Positions 28,169 to 43,258 of a stretch of 64,000 nucleotides of DNA are shown here, piece by piece. The translations under genes were made by a program, and so were the position numbers. Numbering within the stretch: the stretch's first letter is position 1; each line of letters opens with the position of its first letter. The notes under the pieces were generated by a model. That model was not told the origin of the DNA, made no database searches, and was given only the letters and a program-made list of their open reading frames with translations. The stretch is from Eledone cirrhosa (taxonomy: Eukaryota), in assembly GCA_964016885.1 (NCBI GenBank), contig OZ024740.1, forward strand, positions 178,932,001 to 178,996,000, written 5' to 3'.

Positions 28169-31100
28169 ATTAGTATATCTACCAACATATGTATGCAGAG
28201 GTATACCCATGCTAGCAAATATATATGTTATGTCTTAGTACCTTTGTGGTTCTATGCAGGGGGATGCAGAACAATTATATGAAAGACGTAAAATAAGAAA
28301 ATATTAAAATTAACTTACTTACTAAAGTTTTCACTCCAACTAATTAGTTTCTGTAAGAGAATAAATATAGTTACGCAACGCAACTATAGAGAAGTCCTTA
28401 CGTCATCGGGGAGTCTATTCTCAGCTAAGTTCCCAGGCAATGCGCGGACACTAGGAACCCATATAAAAATAATAATTCAGTGGATGGAAAAAAGCTAGCG
28501 GGGACTAAATTCCAGGGCACTGAAAAAATTCACTGCCTACTTGGTCAGTGGCAAATTCTAAAGAATCAATCACGTGACACTGAGGTTAATCAGTGAGGAG
28601 TGGGGTGGTATTTAGACAAGAGCCTAACTACTACCATGAACCATAGCAGTAAATTTCGGCAAGTTTTGCTCAACAAATAATTTTGGAGATAAATATAGAG
28701 AATTAGTGTATCTACCAACATATGTATACAGATGTATACCCATGCTAGCAAATATATATGTTATGTCTTAGTACCTTTGTGGTTCTATGCAGGGGGATGC
28801 AGAACAATTATATGAAAGACGTAAAATAAGAAAATATTAAAATTAACTTACTTACTAAAATTTTCACTCCAACTAATTAGTTTCTGTAAGGGAATAAATA
28901 TAGTTACGCAACGCAAATATAGAGAAGTCCTTACGTCATCAGGGAGTCTATTCTCAGCTAAGTTCCCAGGCAATGCGCGGACACTAGGAACCCATATAAA
29001 AATAATAATTCAGTGGATGGAAAAAAGCTAGCGGGGACTAAATTCCAGGGCACGGAAAAAATTCACTGCCTACTTGGTCAGTGGCAAATTCTAAAGAATC
29101 AATCACGTGACACTGAGGTTAATCAGTGAGGAGTGGGGTGGTATTTAGACAAGAGCCTAACTACTACCATGAACCATAGCAGTAAATTTCGGCAAGTTTT
29201 GCTCAACAAATAATTTTGGACATAAATATAGAGAATTAGTATATCTACCAACATATGTAAATAGATGTATACCCATGCTAGCAAACATATATGTTATGTC
29301 TTAGTACCTTCGTGGTTCTATGCAGGGGGATGCAGAACAATTATATGAAAGACGTAAAATAAGAAAATATTAAAATTAACTTACTTACTAAAATTTTCAC
29401 TCCAACTAATTAGTTTCTGTAAGGGAATAAATATAGTTACGCAACGCAAATATAGAGAAGTCCTTACGTCATCAGGGAGTCTATTCTCAGCTAAGTTCCC
29501 AGGCAATGCGCGGACACTAGGAACCCATATAAAAATAATAATTCAGTGGATGGAAAAAGCTAGCGGGGACTAAATTCCAGGGCACTGAAAAAATTCACTG
29601 CCTACTTGGTCAGTGGCAAATTCTAAAGAATCAATCACGTGACACTGAGGTTAATCAGTGAGGAGTGGGGTGGTATTTAGACAAGAGCCTAACTACTACC
29701 ATGAACCATAGCAGTAAATTTCGGCAAGTTTTGCTCAACAAATAAGTTTGGAGATAATATAGAGAATTAGTGTATCTACCAACATATGTATACAGATGTA
29801 TACCCATGCTAGCAAATATATATGTTATGTCTTAGTACATTTGTGGTTCTATGCAGGGGGATGCAGAACAATTATATGAAAGACGTAAAATAAGAAAATA
29901 TTAAAATTAACTTACTTACTAAAATTTTCACTCCAACTAATTAGTTTCTGTAAGGGAATAAATATAGTTACGCAACTCAAATATAGAGAAGTCCTTACGT
30001 CATCAGGGAGTCTATTCTCAGCTAAGTTCCCAGGCAATGCGCGGACACTAGGAACCCATATAAAAATAATAATTCAGTGGATGGAAAAAAGCTAGTGGGG
30101 ACTAAATTCCAGGGCACTGAAAAAATTCACTGCCTACTTGGTCAGTGGCAAATTCTAAAGAATCAATCACGTGACACTGAGGTTAATCAGTGAGGAGTGG
30201 GATGGTATTTAGACAAGAGCCTAACTACTACCATGAACCATAGCAGTAAATTTCGGCAAGTTTTGCTCAACAAATAATTTTGGACATAAATATAGAGAAT
30301 TAGTATATCTACCAACATATGTAAATAGATGTATACCCATGCTAGCAAACATATATGTTATGTCTTAGTACCTTTGTGGTTCTATGCAGGGGGATGCAGA
30401 ACAATTATATGAAAGACGTAAAATAAGAAAATATTAAAATTAACTTACTTACTGAAATTTTCACTCCAACTAATTAGTTTCTGTAAGGGAATAAATATAG
30501 TTACGCAACGCAAATATAGAGAAGTCCTTACGTCATCAGGGAGTCTATTCTCAGCTAAGTTCCCAGGCAATGCGCGGACACTAGGAACCCATATAAAAAT
30601 AATAATTCAGTGGATGGAAAAAAGCTAGCGGGGACTAAATTCCAGGGCACTGAAAAAATTCACTGCCTACTTGGTCAGTGGCAAATTCTAAAGAATCAAT
30701 CACGTGACACTGAGGTTAATCAGTGAGGAGTGGGGTGGTATTTAGACAAGAGCCTAACTACTACCATGAACCATAGCAGTAAATTTCGGCAAGTTTTGCT
30801 CAACAAATAATTTTGGAGATAAATATAGAGAATTAGTGTATCTACCAACATATGTATACAGATGTATACCCATGCTAGCAAATATATATGTTATGTCTTA
30901 GTACCTTTGTGGTTCTATGCAGGGGGATGCAGAACAATTATATGAAAGACGTAAAATAAGAAAATATTAAAATTAACTTACTTACTAAAATTTTCACTCC
31001 AACTAATTAGTTTCTGTAAGGGAATAAATATAGTTACGCAACACAAATATAGAGAAGTCCTTACGTCATCAGGGAGTCTATTCTCAGCTAAGTTCCCAGG

Positions 31101-31895
31101 CAATGCGCGGACACTAGGAGCCCATATAAAAATAATAATTCAGTGGATGGAAAAAAGCTAGTGGGGACTAAATTCCAGGGCACTGAAAAAATTCACTGCC
31201 TACTTGGTCAGTGGCAAATTCTAAAGAATCAATCACGTGACACTGAGGTTAATCAGTGAGGAGTGGGGTGGTATTTAGACAAGAGCCTAACTACTACCAT
31301 GAACCATAGCAGAAATTTCGGCAAGTTTTGCTCAACAAATAATTTTGGAGATAAATATAGAGAATTAGTGTATCTACCAACATATGTATACAGATGTATA
31401 CCCATGCTAGCAAATATATATGTTATGTCTTAGTACCTTTGTGGTTCTATGCAGGGGGAAGCAGAACAATTATTTGAAAGACGTAAAATAAGAAAATATT
31501 AAAATTAACTTACTTACTAAAATTTCCACTCCAACTAATTAGTTTCTGTAAGGGAATAAATATAGTTACGCAACGCAACTATAGAGAAGTCATTACGTCA
31601 TCAGGGAGTCTATTCTCAGCTAAGTTCCCAGGTAATTCGCGGGCACTAGGGAGCCATATAAAAATAATAATTCAGTGGATGGAAAAAAGCTAGCGGGGTC
31701 TTTCCAGGGTACTGAAAAATTCACTGCCTACTTGGTCAGTGGCAAATTCTAAAGAATCAATCACGTGACACTGATGACGCAAGGACTTCTCTATAGTTGC
31801 GTTGCGTAACTATATTTATTCCCTTACAGAAACTAATTAGTTGGAGTGAAAATTTTAGTAAGTAAGTTAATTGTAATATTTTCTTATTTTACGTC

Positions 31896-31900
<5 letters not shown>
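28163..31900 (-). repeat. HHR family A: about 6.8 tandem units of 531-533 bp plus an inverted 130-bp terminal segment (31771-31900)
   Basis: GAATTAGT recurs at 28167, 28700, 29233, 29764, 30297, 30830 and 31362. The minus strand carries a CTGATGA-type core in each unit. Bounded by (TA)n/(GA)n. Confidence 0.92.
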
Positions 31901-31931
<31 letters not shown>

Positions 31932-32047
31932 ATTTGTCTGCCGTTCTGTTTATATAATTGCAAATGAATCGAATAATATTATTAATATTCGAAAAGTTCA
32001 GATTTACATATCTTGTATTCAGCAATGTAGAGCGATTAAACAATTTG

Positions 32048-32101
<54 letters not shown>

Positions 32102-33397
32102 CAAATTGTTTAATCGCACTACATTGCTGAATACAAGAAATGTAAATCTGAACTTTTAATTATGCTTATTTGGAGTAGAGATGATGTATATATATTATCA
32201 AATAATTCTCTGGACATGCTTTACTCTATAGTATATATATATATATATATACTATAGAGTAAAGCATGTCCAGAGAATTATTCGATAATATATATACATC
32301 ATCTCTACTCCCAATACGCATAATTAACCACACAAAAAAAAACAATTAGACCAGGCTATAAGAATAAAAGGCATCTATGAAGAAACAGTAAATAAATACA
32401 CCACAACAACGTCTTCGCGTCCAACTGCAATAGAACATTTCAACAGCACGTGGAAATTAATTAAATATAAGGTCAACCATACATAATTAGGTAACAATTA
32501 AAGTTAGAAATGCTTATATACATACCAGGATTAAATCACTTAATCCCGACCCATGGGATTCGCTCACATTTTGAGATATCTTATTAAGGATAAATCTCGA
32601 GTTTAGAGCTCTTCAGGGGTCAAACTCGCTAGGACAGATTATTTTCCCAAGGGGCCCACGCCAAACACGAATTCAAAATGGTTGAGAACTGTGACGTGGC
32701 AGTGCTCAAGTCAGGAAGGGTGTGATTGGTTGCTTACGGCGAGTGGGTTGGTTGCTTACGGCGAATGGGTTGGTTGCTAGAAAGCGCAGCCCAATATCGC
32801 CCAAATTGTATCTCAACATTATGGGAGATTATTAAATATAAATATAAATATTTACACATACACCAATTAAACAAAGTCACAGGTATATATGTGTTTTGGC
32901 AACTATTCACGATGTGGCTCAATGAAGAATTAATAAATTAAGCGAAATTGAACGAAATCCATGGGTCGGGATTTAGTGATTTAATCCTGGTATGTATATA
33001 AGCATTTCTAACTTTAATTTTTACCTAATTATGTATGGTTGACCGTATATTTAATTAATTTCCACGTGCTGTTGAAATGTTCGGTAAATATTATATAGCG
33101 GTTGGACGCGAAGACGCTGCTGTGGCGTATTTATTTACTGTTTCTTCATAGGTGCCTTTTATTCTTATAGCCTGGTCTAATTGATTTTGTGTGTGGTTAA
33201 TTATGCTGATTGGGTGTAGAGATGATGTATATATATTATCAAATAATTCTCTGGACATGCTTTACTCTATAGTATTTTGCTCTGATTGTTTAATTTATTA
33301 ATTTTTCATTGAGCCACTTCGTGAATAGTTGCCAAAACATATATATACCTGTGACTTTGTTTAATTGGTGTATGTGTAAATATTTATATTTATATTT

Positions 33398-33567
33398 AAT
33401 TGTTTCTACGTTAGGCACAAGGCCAGCAATTACCCAGTGTATTACTGGTACTTTATTTTATCGACCCCGTAAGGATGAAAGGCAAAGTTAACCTCGGCGG
33501 GATTTGAACTCAGAATAGCAAGGGCCGTAACTCTATGCGTCAAAGCATGGCGTCCGACCCTCTACCG
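33398..33567 (-). mobile_element. SINE S1 nested in family B
   Basis: Inserted at the AT-rich unit junction. Confidence 0.9.
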
Positions 33568-33780
33568 CACTTTATTGATATTTATATTTAATAATCTCCC
33601 ATATGGTTGAGATACAATTTGGGCGATATTGGGCTGCGCTTTCTAGCAAACAACCCACTCGCCGTAAGCACCCAATCACACCCTTCCTAACTTGAGCACT
33701 GCCACGTCACAGTTTTCAACCATTTTGAATTCGTGTTTGGCGGGGGCCACTTCGGAAAATAATCTGTCCTAGCGAGTTTG

Positions 33781-33857
33781 TCCCCTGAAGAGCTCTAAAC
33801 TCGAGATTTATCATTAATAAGATATCTCAAAATGTGAGCGAATCCCATGGGTCGGGA
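33781..33857 (+). ncRNA. Type I hammerhead ribozyme, family B (other copies 32544-32620 minus and 57874-57953 minus)
   Basis: TCCC-CTGAAGA-GCTC..GAGC-GAAT-CCCATGGG-TC-GGGA. The 57.9 kb copy has canonical GAAAC..GTC and the 32954 fragment has GAAA. Confidence 0.75.
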
Positions 33858-34243
33858 TTTAGTGACTTAAACCTGATATGTATATAAGCATTTCTAACTT
33901 TAATTTTTACCTAATTATGTATGGTTGACCGTATATTTAATTTTTTTCCACGTGCTGTTGAAATGTTGGGTAAATATTCTGTAGAGGTTGCACGCGAAGA
34001 CGCTGCTGTGGCATATTTATTTACTGTTTCTTATAGCCTGGTCTAATTGATTTTTGTGTGTGGTTAATTATGCTGATTGAGAGTGGAGATGATGTATATA
34101 TATTATCAAATAATTCTCTGGACATGCTTTGCTCTATAGTATTTTGCTCTGATTATTTAATTTATTAATTCTTCATTGAGCAACATCGTGAATAGTTGCC
34201 AAAACACATATATACCTGAGACATTGTTTAATTGGTGTATGTG

Positions 34244-34356
<113 letters not shown>

Positions 34357-34371
34357 CATATATATATATAT

Positions 34372-34929
<558 letters not shown>

Positions 34930-34954
34930 ACATATATATACATATATAGACATA

Positions 34955-34986
<32 letters not shown>

Positions 34987-35012
34987 CATATATATACATA
35001 TATAGACATATA

Positions 35013-35044
<32 letters not shown>

Positions 35045-35195
35045 CATATATATACATATATATATATACATATATGTATATATATATATATACATATATA
35101 TACATATATATACATATATATATATACATATATATATATACATATATATATATACATATATATATATACATATATATATATACATATATATATAC

Positions 35196-35260
<65 letters not shown>

Positions 35261-35261
35261 C

Positions 35262-35314
<53 letters not shown>

Positions 35315-35769
35315 CATGTAGCCTGCTGTATTGGCAGGAATTCCAGATTTCGAATGTTGCCAACCAATCAGTGTTTTCTGTTCATACAGGGATCTTCTTC
35401 TTTTTAAGAGGTCATATGTCAAGACGGCATTACCCTGCTACATACGGTAAACTGGATACGTTGATGTCGTGTTCACTTTAATGAACAAAATGTTGATTGT
35501 AACATAATTGGCTGCAGTAAAATTAATTAAACAATTAAACAGCACTTGTTAGATAACACACAATACGATTTCAATGGACAACACCTGTTGCTGTAATGTA
35601 CATGCTTTTACCATGCCGTCAGTTCTACGCCTACGTAATATATTGTACACCATTCTGGAACTTTGGACGTACGTAATGTTGAGGCGCAGGGGAATATCTC
35701 TTTTCTGATAATAATAATAATAACCTCTCTGAAGATCGACAAGTTCTGGCAGAACAAACTATTTTAATT

Positions 35770-35958
35770 AATTGTTTCTACTTTTGGCCCAAGGCCAGCA
35801 ATTATCCGGTGCATTACTGGTACTTTATTTTATCGACCTCGTAAGGATGAAAGGCAAAGTTAACCTCGGTGAGATTTGAACTCCGAATGGCAAGGTCCGT
35901 AACTCTATGCGTCAAAACATGGCGTCCGACCCTCTACCGATACTGCCAATCCACCGTC
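35770..35958 (-). mobile_element. SINE S1
   Basis: Full-length copy. Confidence 0.9.
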
Positions 35959-36161
35959 AAACGAACTATTTTGATTAATAGAAAGAAGATGGTACAGAAA
36001 CACATCAGAAAAGATTTCAGAGAATGAAAACACAACCGCACTCTTGGATATGCCAATGCACCAAGACGGCGAAACAAACACACATTACACTAGAAATACC
36101 AACACAAGAAACAACACTGCATATAATCAATGCAGAATTATTATGATTATTTCTTTATTGA

Positions 36162-36487
36162 GGGCAGTGGATTGGCAGTATCAGTAGAGCGTCGATCAAC
36201 GTGCTTTATGACATAGGGTTACGCCCCTTCACGATCAGAGTTCAAATCCTGCCGATGTTAGCTTTGTCTTTCATCCTTACGGGGTCGATAAAATAAAGCA
36301 ACAGTAATGTACTGGGGTCTATTTAATCGATTTTCCCCTTCATCGATATTACTGGCCTTGTGCCTGTACTAGAAATCATTTCCCGCCGAGGTTGACTTTG
36401 CCTTTCATCCTTACGGGGTCGATAAAATAAAATACCAGTAATGCACTGGGTAATTGCTGGCTTTGTGCCAAATGTAGAAGCAATTAT
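36162..36487 (+). mobile_element. SINE S1 followed by a 5'-truncated second copy (36379-36487)
   Basis: Two consecutive CCTTACGGGGTCGATAAAA cores. Confidence 0.9.
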
Positions 36488-36489
36488 TA

Positions 36490-37880
36490 TATTGCTTATT
36501 GGTCACTAAGGTCGTAAGATAAATGTTAATACAAAAAAATAAAGACATTGTGGATTTACATAAAAACGGGTAAAAAAGGAAAACAGCTTCCTAATCTACC
36601 CCTGTGTAGATTAGGAGCCCCACAGGTCCGAAACCAAGAGCACCGTATGCAGGTGTATTTCCGGAATAGTTTCCTCTCGGTTCATTTTTGGGTAAGTGTG
36701 ACCAGCCTGTCCTTACCTTGTCCTAGATCCTATCTACCTGGTTATTCGAACTGACCCCGACTCCGAGCAATTTGACTGGTCCGGTCATCCGGCGTCCGAC
36801 AACTCTGTAGAACAACCTATTTGGGTTGATTTTTCGCTGCCCTCAATGTTTTATATTCCTCTAAAAACGTTGCCAACCACCTCGATTTTCGAAACATTCC
36901 AGGCCATCACGGTGGCGTCGTCCAGATTTTCCGCCTCAGCACTTCTACCTCTTGTGTCGAGAAGGATGCACTGCAACAGCACCAGCTGGTTCTGTAAGGG
37001 CTCAACAGTCAGAAATGAGGGGTGGGGGAATCTTTGACGGACCAAACGCGTGATTTGAAACGGTTCCGATAAGTGGCCTTTTACTTTGACCACCGAGAAG
37101 ATTTCGCTGTGTATTGCAGCGATCCAGGCTCTAAAGGCGGGCCGAAACCGTCTGCTTTGAGAATAGCATCCAAGTATCGATGGTCGACATTATCGAAAGC
37201 TTTTGATTGATCTAGATTGATCAGAGCCCCACCGAAGCCAAGTTTATACCTTACTCGCTCTATTATGTATCGCGTGAGGTGGAAGTTATCGTGTATAGAC
37301 CTGGTCGGGATTGCGTACGCTTGCATTTCTCTTATCAGACTTTTGACAACAAACTCAAATCTCGTTGCTTGTACCTTGGCCAAAATCGTAACCTCTGTAT
37401 TGAGCAGAGTAGGGGCCGGGTCCCTGTTTACGTGTTCTCTCTAGGTCAATCATGAGGTCACGAATTTGTGTCCTGAATAAGCAACAGTTTTCACTTATGG
37501 AAGCTTGCGGTATCCTTCTTCCTTAACCTAATCAGAAACCTATCTAAATACAATCTAGATGAACCTACCTGATTCCTTCATGACCACTACTTACACTATT
37601 GCTCACATCCGGGGCCACTAACTTACTGCCCATTTCCATGATGACCATCTGTAACTCGGGATTCAAGCCTTTCCTAGATAGTACTGTCACCCCACTTCTC
37701 ATTTCAGGTTGACTAAAAGATGCATATTCTCAAATTCATCAAGAAATAGTGAGACACGTGTGTTGGAAATATTGGTCTCGCTCATGGCTGTCACATCTTT
37801 CGCTAGTGATTCGATGTCGTTGAGCAAGCGATTTGCTTCCATAACGACATTGGACAGATACCTTTATGCAACCTATTGTT
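36490..37880 (-). pseudogene. Internally deleted L1/Tx1-clade LINE remnant (APE trace, RT, T-rich 3'UTR)
   Basis: TLLNTEVTILAK..QAYAIPTRSIHDN..INLDQSKAFDNVDH..GFG in 37081-37420. LLNDIESLAKDVTAMSET near 37780-37830. Confidence 0.8.
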
Positions 37881-38099
37881 AAAATCGCAATGTTGGCTGG
37901 AAAGAGTTAAGAGAATAAAACGAGGAGGTTATGTACTGTCCGAGTGTTGTTGGAGATCGTGGGGTTTGACCTCCATATCTGGTTAGGGTTCCTTTGGGAA
38001 GCCTATTAATGCCTCTTCTTGGCTTTTACTTCATGGAGATAGCTCGCCCTACCGTTTTTGTAACTTCCCAGAGACATACGCACCATCATTAATATTTGT

Positions 38100-38287
38100 G
38101 GCGGTGGATTGGCAGTATCGGTAGAGGGTCGGACGCCATGCTTTCCAGCATAGTTACGTCCCTTTACGATCTGAGTTCAAATCCCGCCGAGGTTGACTTT
38201 GCCTTTCATCCTTACGGGGTCGATAAAATAAAGTACCAGTAATGCACTGGGTAATTGCTGGTCTTGTGCCTAAAGTAGAAACAATTA
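38100..38287 (+). mobile_element. SINE S1 with TSD
   Basis: ATTAATATTTGTGGC on both sides (38088 and 38284). Confidence 0.92.
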
Positions 38288-40572
38288 ATATTTGTGGCAC
38301 TTTAAAAGTGTTCGTCCCAAAAGTCATCCCCTCTCTTCCAATATCTTTACTTCGGCTATGAGAGCCATCAAATCTTTTTTGACGGTCCTCACTAGTACGA
38401 AGGCTGGTGTGTGTGTGGTTGTTTGGTTGGTGTTGTGTGTTTTCTTTTTTAGGGTAGTTTTGGTTTGCGTTGTTGCGTTGACGGTTCTGGTGTTGGTGGG
38501 GTTGGTTATGGGGTGTAGATGTGTTTGTATTTGTTGTGGGCGTATTTTCTGTGTTTTCCGGTGTGTGTGTTGGTGTGAGGCACAGTATTGTTTTGTGTTT
38601 TCTGTTATTTTTTATTGTTCTCATATTTATTGTTATCTCAGTGGTTGTAGTGTTGGGCTGGGTGGGGTTGATTTTGGTACTGATGCTTTTTATTGTTTTT
38701 AGTTGTATTGGTAGTTTTTGTTTTTCTTGCGATAGTTGCGCTTGTGTCACCCGTTTCAAATTAGGAAATTCATTTTCATAGATTTTGCTTATTTCCCGTG
38801 CGTTGTTATTGTTGCTGTTGGTGACGAGTGCCTTGTTGGTGATGACTGTAGTTATGTTAGTTACACTCGTGGTGGTGGTAGTGACGTTGGTTTTATTCAC
38901 TTTTGTTTTCTGGCTGTTATCGAAAAATTATAACACTTTTTAAAGCAGGTTTTCGCTTTCGCTGCCCTGTCTTATGGATGGGGATGTCACCTGTATTTTC
39001 TTTTAGAATTATAGGGGCGTAATTTGCAAATATCATGAGGTCACCTTTTCTGGAAGCCATATATGGTGTCCTAATGAGTGTTTATAACAAACATTTTAAC
39101 AAGGAACATAGTGCAAACAAGTGAAAATCCATTTCCCTCACCCATATTTCAAAATCGATTATTTCCTGTGAATTGGGAATAGAAAATTTATGTCTCCACC
39201 CTAATTGTTTTCTTCAAGCGGTCTTTAAAAACGTTGAGGATGACTTGGCCGGATAACGAATAGGCATATTCTTTTTTCTCTCTTATTCGTGTCTACTATA
39301 TTAACTTTTTCGACATATCTATCTGGCACAGGAGACAAATTGCCTTGTCTTGCCGTAAGGGAGGTACTCAATTGACAGCTGGTTCAATCCTACATATAAT
39401 AACAACTGTTCGTCATAAATTACCAATTCAGTATTCTTCGTACAATGAACGTGTGCATGAAGGACAGAATGCTGAGCCAAGGAATTCTGGAATTTGTCCA
39501 TAATCCTCGACCTCAAATTACTACGGAAGAGACTTCTGAGTTGATCCTCATCAATGCCTACAGAATTAGATGATGCCATTCTTAATAATTGGCGTTAATT
39601 GTGTTGTTATTTGTGTGGTTGTTGAGAGGATGGGGCTGTGGTATGGTGTGCTGAAAATCAATAATTTAAATATTTTTTCAAATAATCCAGCGAAAGCAAT
39701 CAACTTCCAAAATAAATACGGCATTTTCACTGTTTGTTCTCAGTTTGGGCAATATTTGTCTTCTGTATTCTACCTCTCTGTATTTTCCCCCCTCTCTCAC
39801 TTTCTCTTTTTCGCAAACTCTTTATCTCACCGTTTTGGGTTTAGGTTTATAATTTGTTGACAACGAACTAATGTTGTCTATTGCCCTTGCTCGTTTGTTT
39901 ATTGATAAGCATAATCCCTTTGTTATTGTTGTTTCTTTTCTTTATTTATAATGATATGTGTGTTATTGTTCTGGTTGCTGTTGTCAATGAGAGGATTTTG
40001 TTGTTCATGTTTGCATAGTTCTCTTTATGCACTTTATTGCCACAATGGGATTTTTCTATCGTTTAAATATCATTTTCATATAGGATTTAATTATAAATCT
40101 AATTGAAAGAATTTGTGATTGATAGAAAACGATGATTGAAAAAGGGGGAAATCTTCCCGTGGTCACTCCACCTTAAACATAGACATCTGTGAATAAAACT
40201 AGAGTACTTGGTTATGTTTAGTCATAATTGTTAGTCAAGACTGTCCAAATAGATGTTGCTTCATTGTAACGGTGAACAGAATGGCGAATGCGTTACCCCG
40301 ATGGATAGCGAAGGAGATACGTTGCAGCTAACGAGGAACGTCGTGGCGGATATTTACACGGTATATATTGTCACGTTACAAGCCACTGAAACCTATTGAC
40401 ATGATGTGTTGCACCAGTGTTTATGGCAGTGAGCAACAGACAAATATGATATTGGACAGTTCGTCAGTTTCTCTAGGATGACTTTTACGGGGAAAACGTT
40501 TTAAATTCATCATTGTAAGCCAATGTTATTAAGAAAATAAAATTGTATATATCAAGATTTGCTTTCCAAAAG

Positions 40573-40654
<82 letters not shown>

Positions 40655-41206
40655 TTTGCCTTTTAAAAATAGAGTAACATGCCGGGCATATACGTCCTTG
40701 GAGACGGAAGAAAATTGGATAGCGTCGCCCATGGATCTCGAACTCACACCCACCTGTCGGACGGCTACGGAACCGATTACACTGATTTTTTTATTTACAT
40801 ACAGGCCAATTGATAATGCTTAAATAACGGAAGGAATCCGTCTGTCACACGTCCATGTATGACCAAGTACCTGCATACTACGAGAATAGCCCACAACGTA
40901 TGTTACACTCTTTGTAAGCTACATAATATCCCATATTTTCTCATCGACTATCCTCCCCCACACATAATTACCATAGTTTATGTCTGATTACACAATAATA
41001 TTTCTTGCACGCCACACCGAGACTTTCTATAATGAATTTCATAACAGACCGTTAAAAGATGTCAACTTTGACTGTATTCCGTCTTCCAATTGTAATTCCT
41101 GTTACTTCGTTCAATGTATGTATGTATGTATGTATGTATGTATGTATGTATGTATGTATGTATGTATGTATGTATGTATGTATGTATGTATGTGTGTATG
41201 TATGTA

Positions 41207-41291
<85 letters not shown>

Positions 41292-41629
41292 ATATATATA
41301 TTCAGGCAAAACTGCAGAGAGACTAGGAAAGACTTGGCGATATGTTTCATTGGGAATATTCCAGTTGATCAAATCCATTAATTGCAACTTACCAACCATA
41401 TTAATTACAAATATGATTTTTGATAGTTAATTTAGTACATTGCCAGCTAATTAGTAACCAAACTAATTTACATGTCTTTCAATGAAACAGTATTTCTTTT
41501 TATTATATTGTAATGTTAAAATGTATGCAAGTGAAACAAAATTATGTGGGGAGCCGAGGAAGACACGTAGATATATGCGTGAGTGCATGTATACCTGTTA
41601 GTGTGTGTATATACATACTTATAATAATA

Positions 41630-41870
41630 TACTTGGGGAGGGTGATATTGTTGTAATAATATTGCCAGAAATAATAACAGCACACACTGACTGTTTGGTT
41701 GGTTTTCACATCTGTATCTTTTATATCTCCATAGTTAATTTATTTGGCTATCAATGTTTATGACTGATTGACCAACGGTTAAAAATACAGGTATAAATAT
41801 ATATATATATATATATAGTCTATCAAAGTTCTTTCGTTGCACATCTGCAACATCATCAGTGGTGCTATAA
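41630..41870 (-). mobile_element. HHR family C
   Basis: Minus strand: CCA-CTGATGA-T-GTTGCA-GATG-TGCAAC-GAAAG-AA-CTT-TG (41823-41862). Homologue at 56837-57270. Confidence 0.75.
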
Positions 41871-42179
41871 AGTTCCCTCCTATTGTATTGTAATGTCTAC
41901 GCCATTTTTATTTGTGTGAACTTATACATATGTATACTAATGAATATATGTACCTACACACATATACATGTATGTAAATATGTGTGTATGTGTGTATATT
42001 ATACGTTAACAGTAGAGCTGAAGAGTGACCTGACATGGTCGGGTCGTTGGCGGCTAAACCCTCAAACCCACCATCGCTTGATAAGGGTCGTTTTTTGTGA
42101 TGCATGGAATCAAAAGCCACTTTCATGCTTAAGTATTAAGAAATGGCGTTTCTCGAAATCGAGTTACAATCATATATGT

Positions 42180-42485
42180 ATGTTCTTCTGGTTTTATAAT
42201 TTCACAAATGTTTCCCAATAGGGAGAGAGTCGGTTTCTAACATAGACACAAGACTCTCTCATTGGAATTTACACAACATCAGCTAGGTAGATTATGTATG
42301 CATGTGTAGATATGGATGTTATTGTATGTGTGCATGTATATGTTTTGAGTTATATGTGTGCATGTGTATATGCATTGCATCTGTACATGTGTATATGCAG
42401 TTATTAGATGCAACATTTTTGGAATGTTTTACATATTTTTACTGTTCCATTAATGGATTGTACTTGTAATTTCCTAACTAGTTGT
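42180..42485 (-). mobile_element. 3' fragment of RLE family 2 flanked by (TATG)n
   Basis: Reverse complement of 21155-21450. Confidence 0.85.
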
Positions 42486-42544
42486 CTATGTATGTATGTA
42501 TGTGTGTGTGTATGTTATGTATCATGTCATCAATATCAAGACAA

Positions 42545-43060
42545 TATTAGTGTGTACAAGGACTATATTATGAGTATTCTGTTATACTCATCGGACATGT
42601 GGACAGTACATCGTAGATACATTAATTTGCTTGAAAACTTTAATCATAAATGTTTAAGGCGAATCCTAAACATAAAATGGAAACAGAAAATACCTGACAC
42701 CCAAATCCTTAGATGTTGGTTGCACGAGCATTAAATCTACCATCATATCCTCTCAAATGCTTTTGGTAGGCCATGTGGTGCATCACTCATTCAAAATCAC
42801 TTGAAAAGCCAACAGTATGAAGTTGTCTCCTACCATACTATGTGAGACAACATTGGTGGTGTGCAAAAATATCTGTGAATCAATTTCTGGCCTTAAAAGG
42901 CATATAAGGATGACATCCCACAAACTGACCCAATCAACCCATTAGAGGGCACATCTCTTGTCTGTCACATTTACTGCTGAACGTGCAAATCTGCAACAGA
43001 ACTTCAAAGCCACCTAAGAGGCCATGAGCGGACGTTTAGAATTGGTGACGGTTGATGTGT
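42545..43060 (+). pseudogene. RTE-clade LINE 3' remnant
   Basis: LLYSSDMWT..LLENFNHKCLRRILNIKWKQKIPDTQIL and a terminal RTCKSATELQSHLRGH zinc-finger trace. Confidence 0.8.
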
Positions 43061-43191
43061 GAGCATAAAGAAAGGTGGCAATCATCGGCTCAGATGACGA
43101 AATCACCACGTACGTATATACTTTTGTATGTAAATGTGGTTGAGCGTCTGTATATATCATCCATCTATCTATCTATCAATATTTACATATG

Positions 43192-43257
<66 letters not shown>

Positions 43258-43258
<1 letters not shown>

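Noticed and set aside
28163-31773. Regular array as CRISPR or rDNA/5S repeat
   Set aside because: Whole 533-bp units repeat with no unique spacers and no rRNA motifs, in a eukaryotic context.
38100-38190. tRNA gene (A and B boxes)
   Set aside because: No cloverleaf, and it is always attached to the same SINE body and tail.
38154-38900. 248-aa Thr/Asn-rich ORF as a host gene
   Set aside because: Low complexity, and its C-terminus is antisense SINE. It may be decayed ORF1 of the adjacent L1/Tx1 remnant, but no diagnostic motif was seen.
39319-39579. 86-aa ORF with normal composition
   Set aside because: No recognisable motif or splice context.
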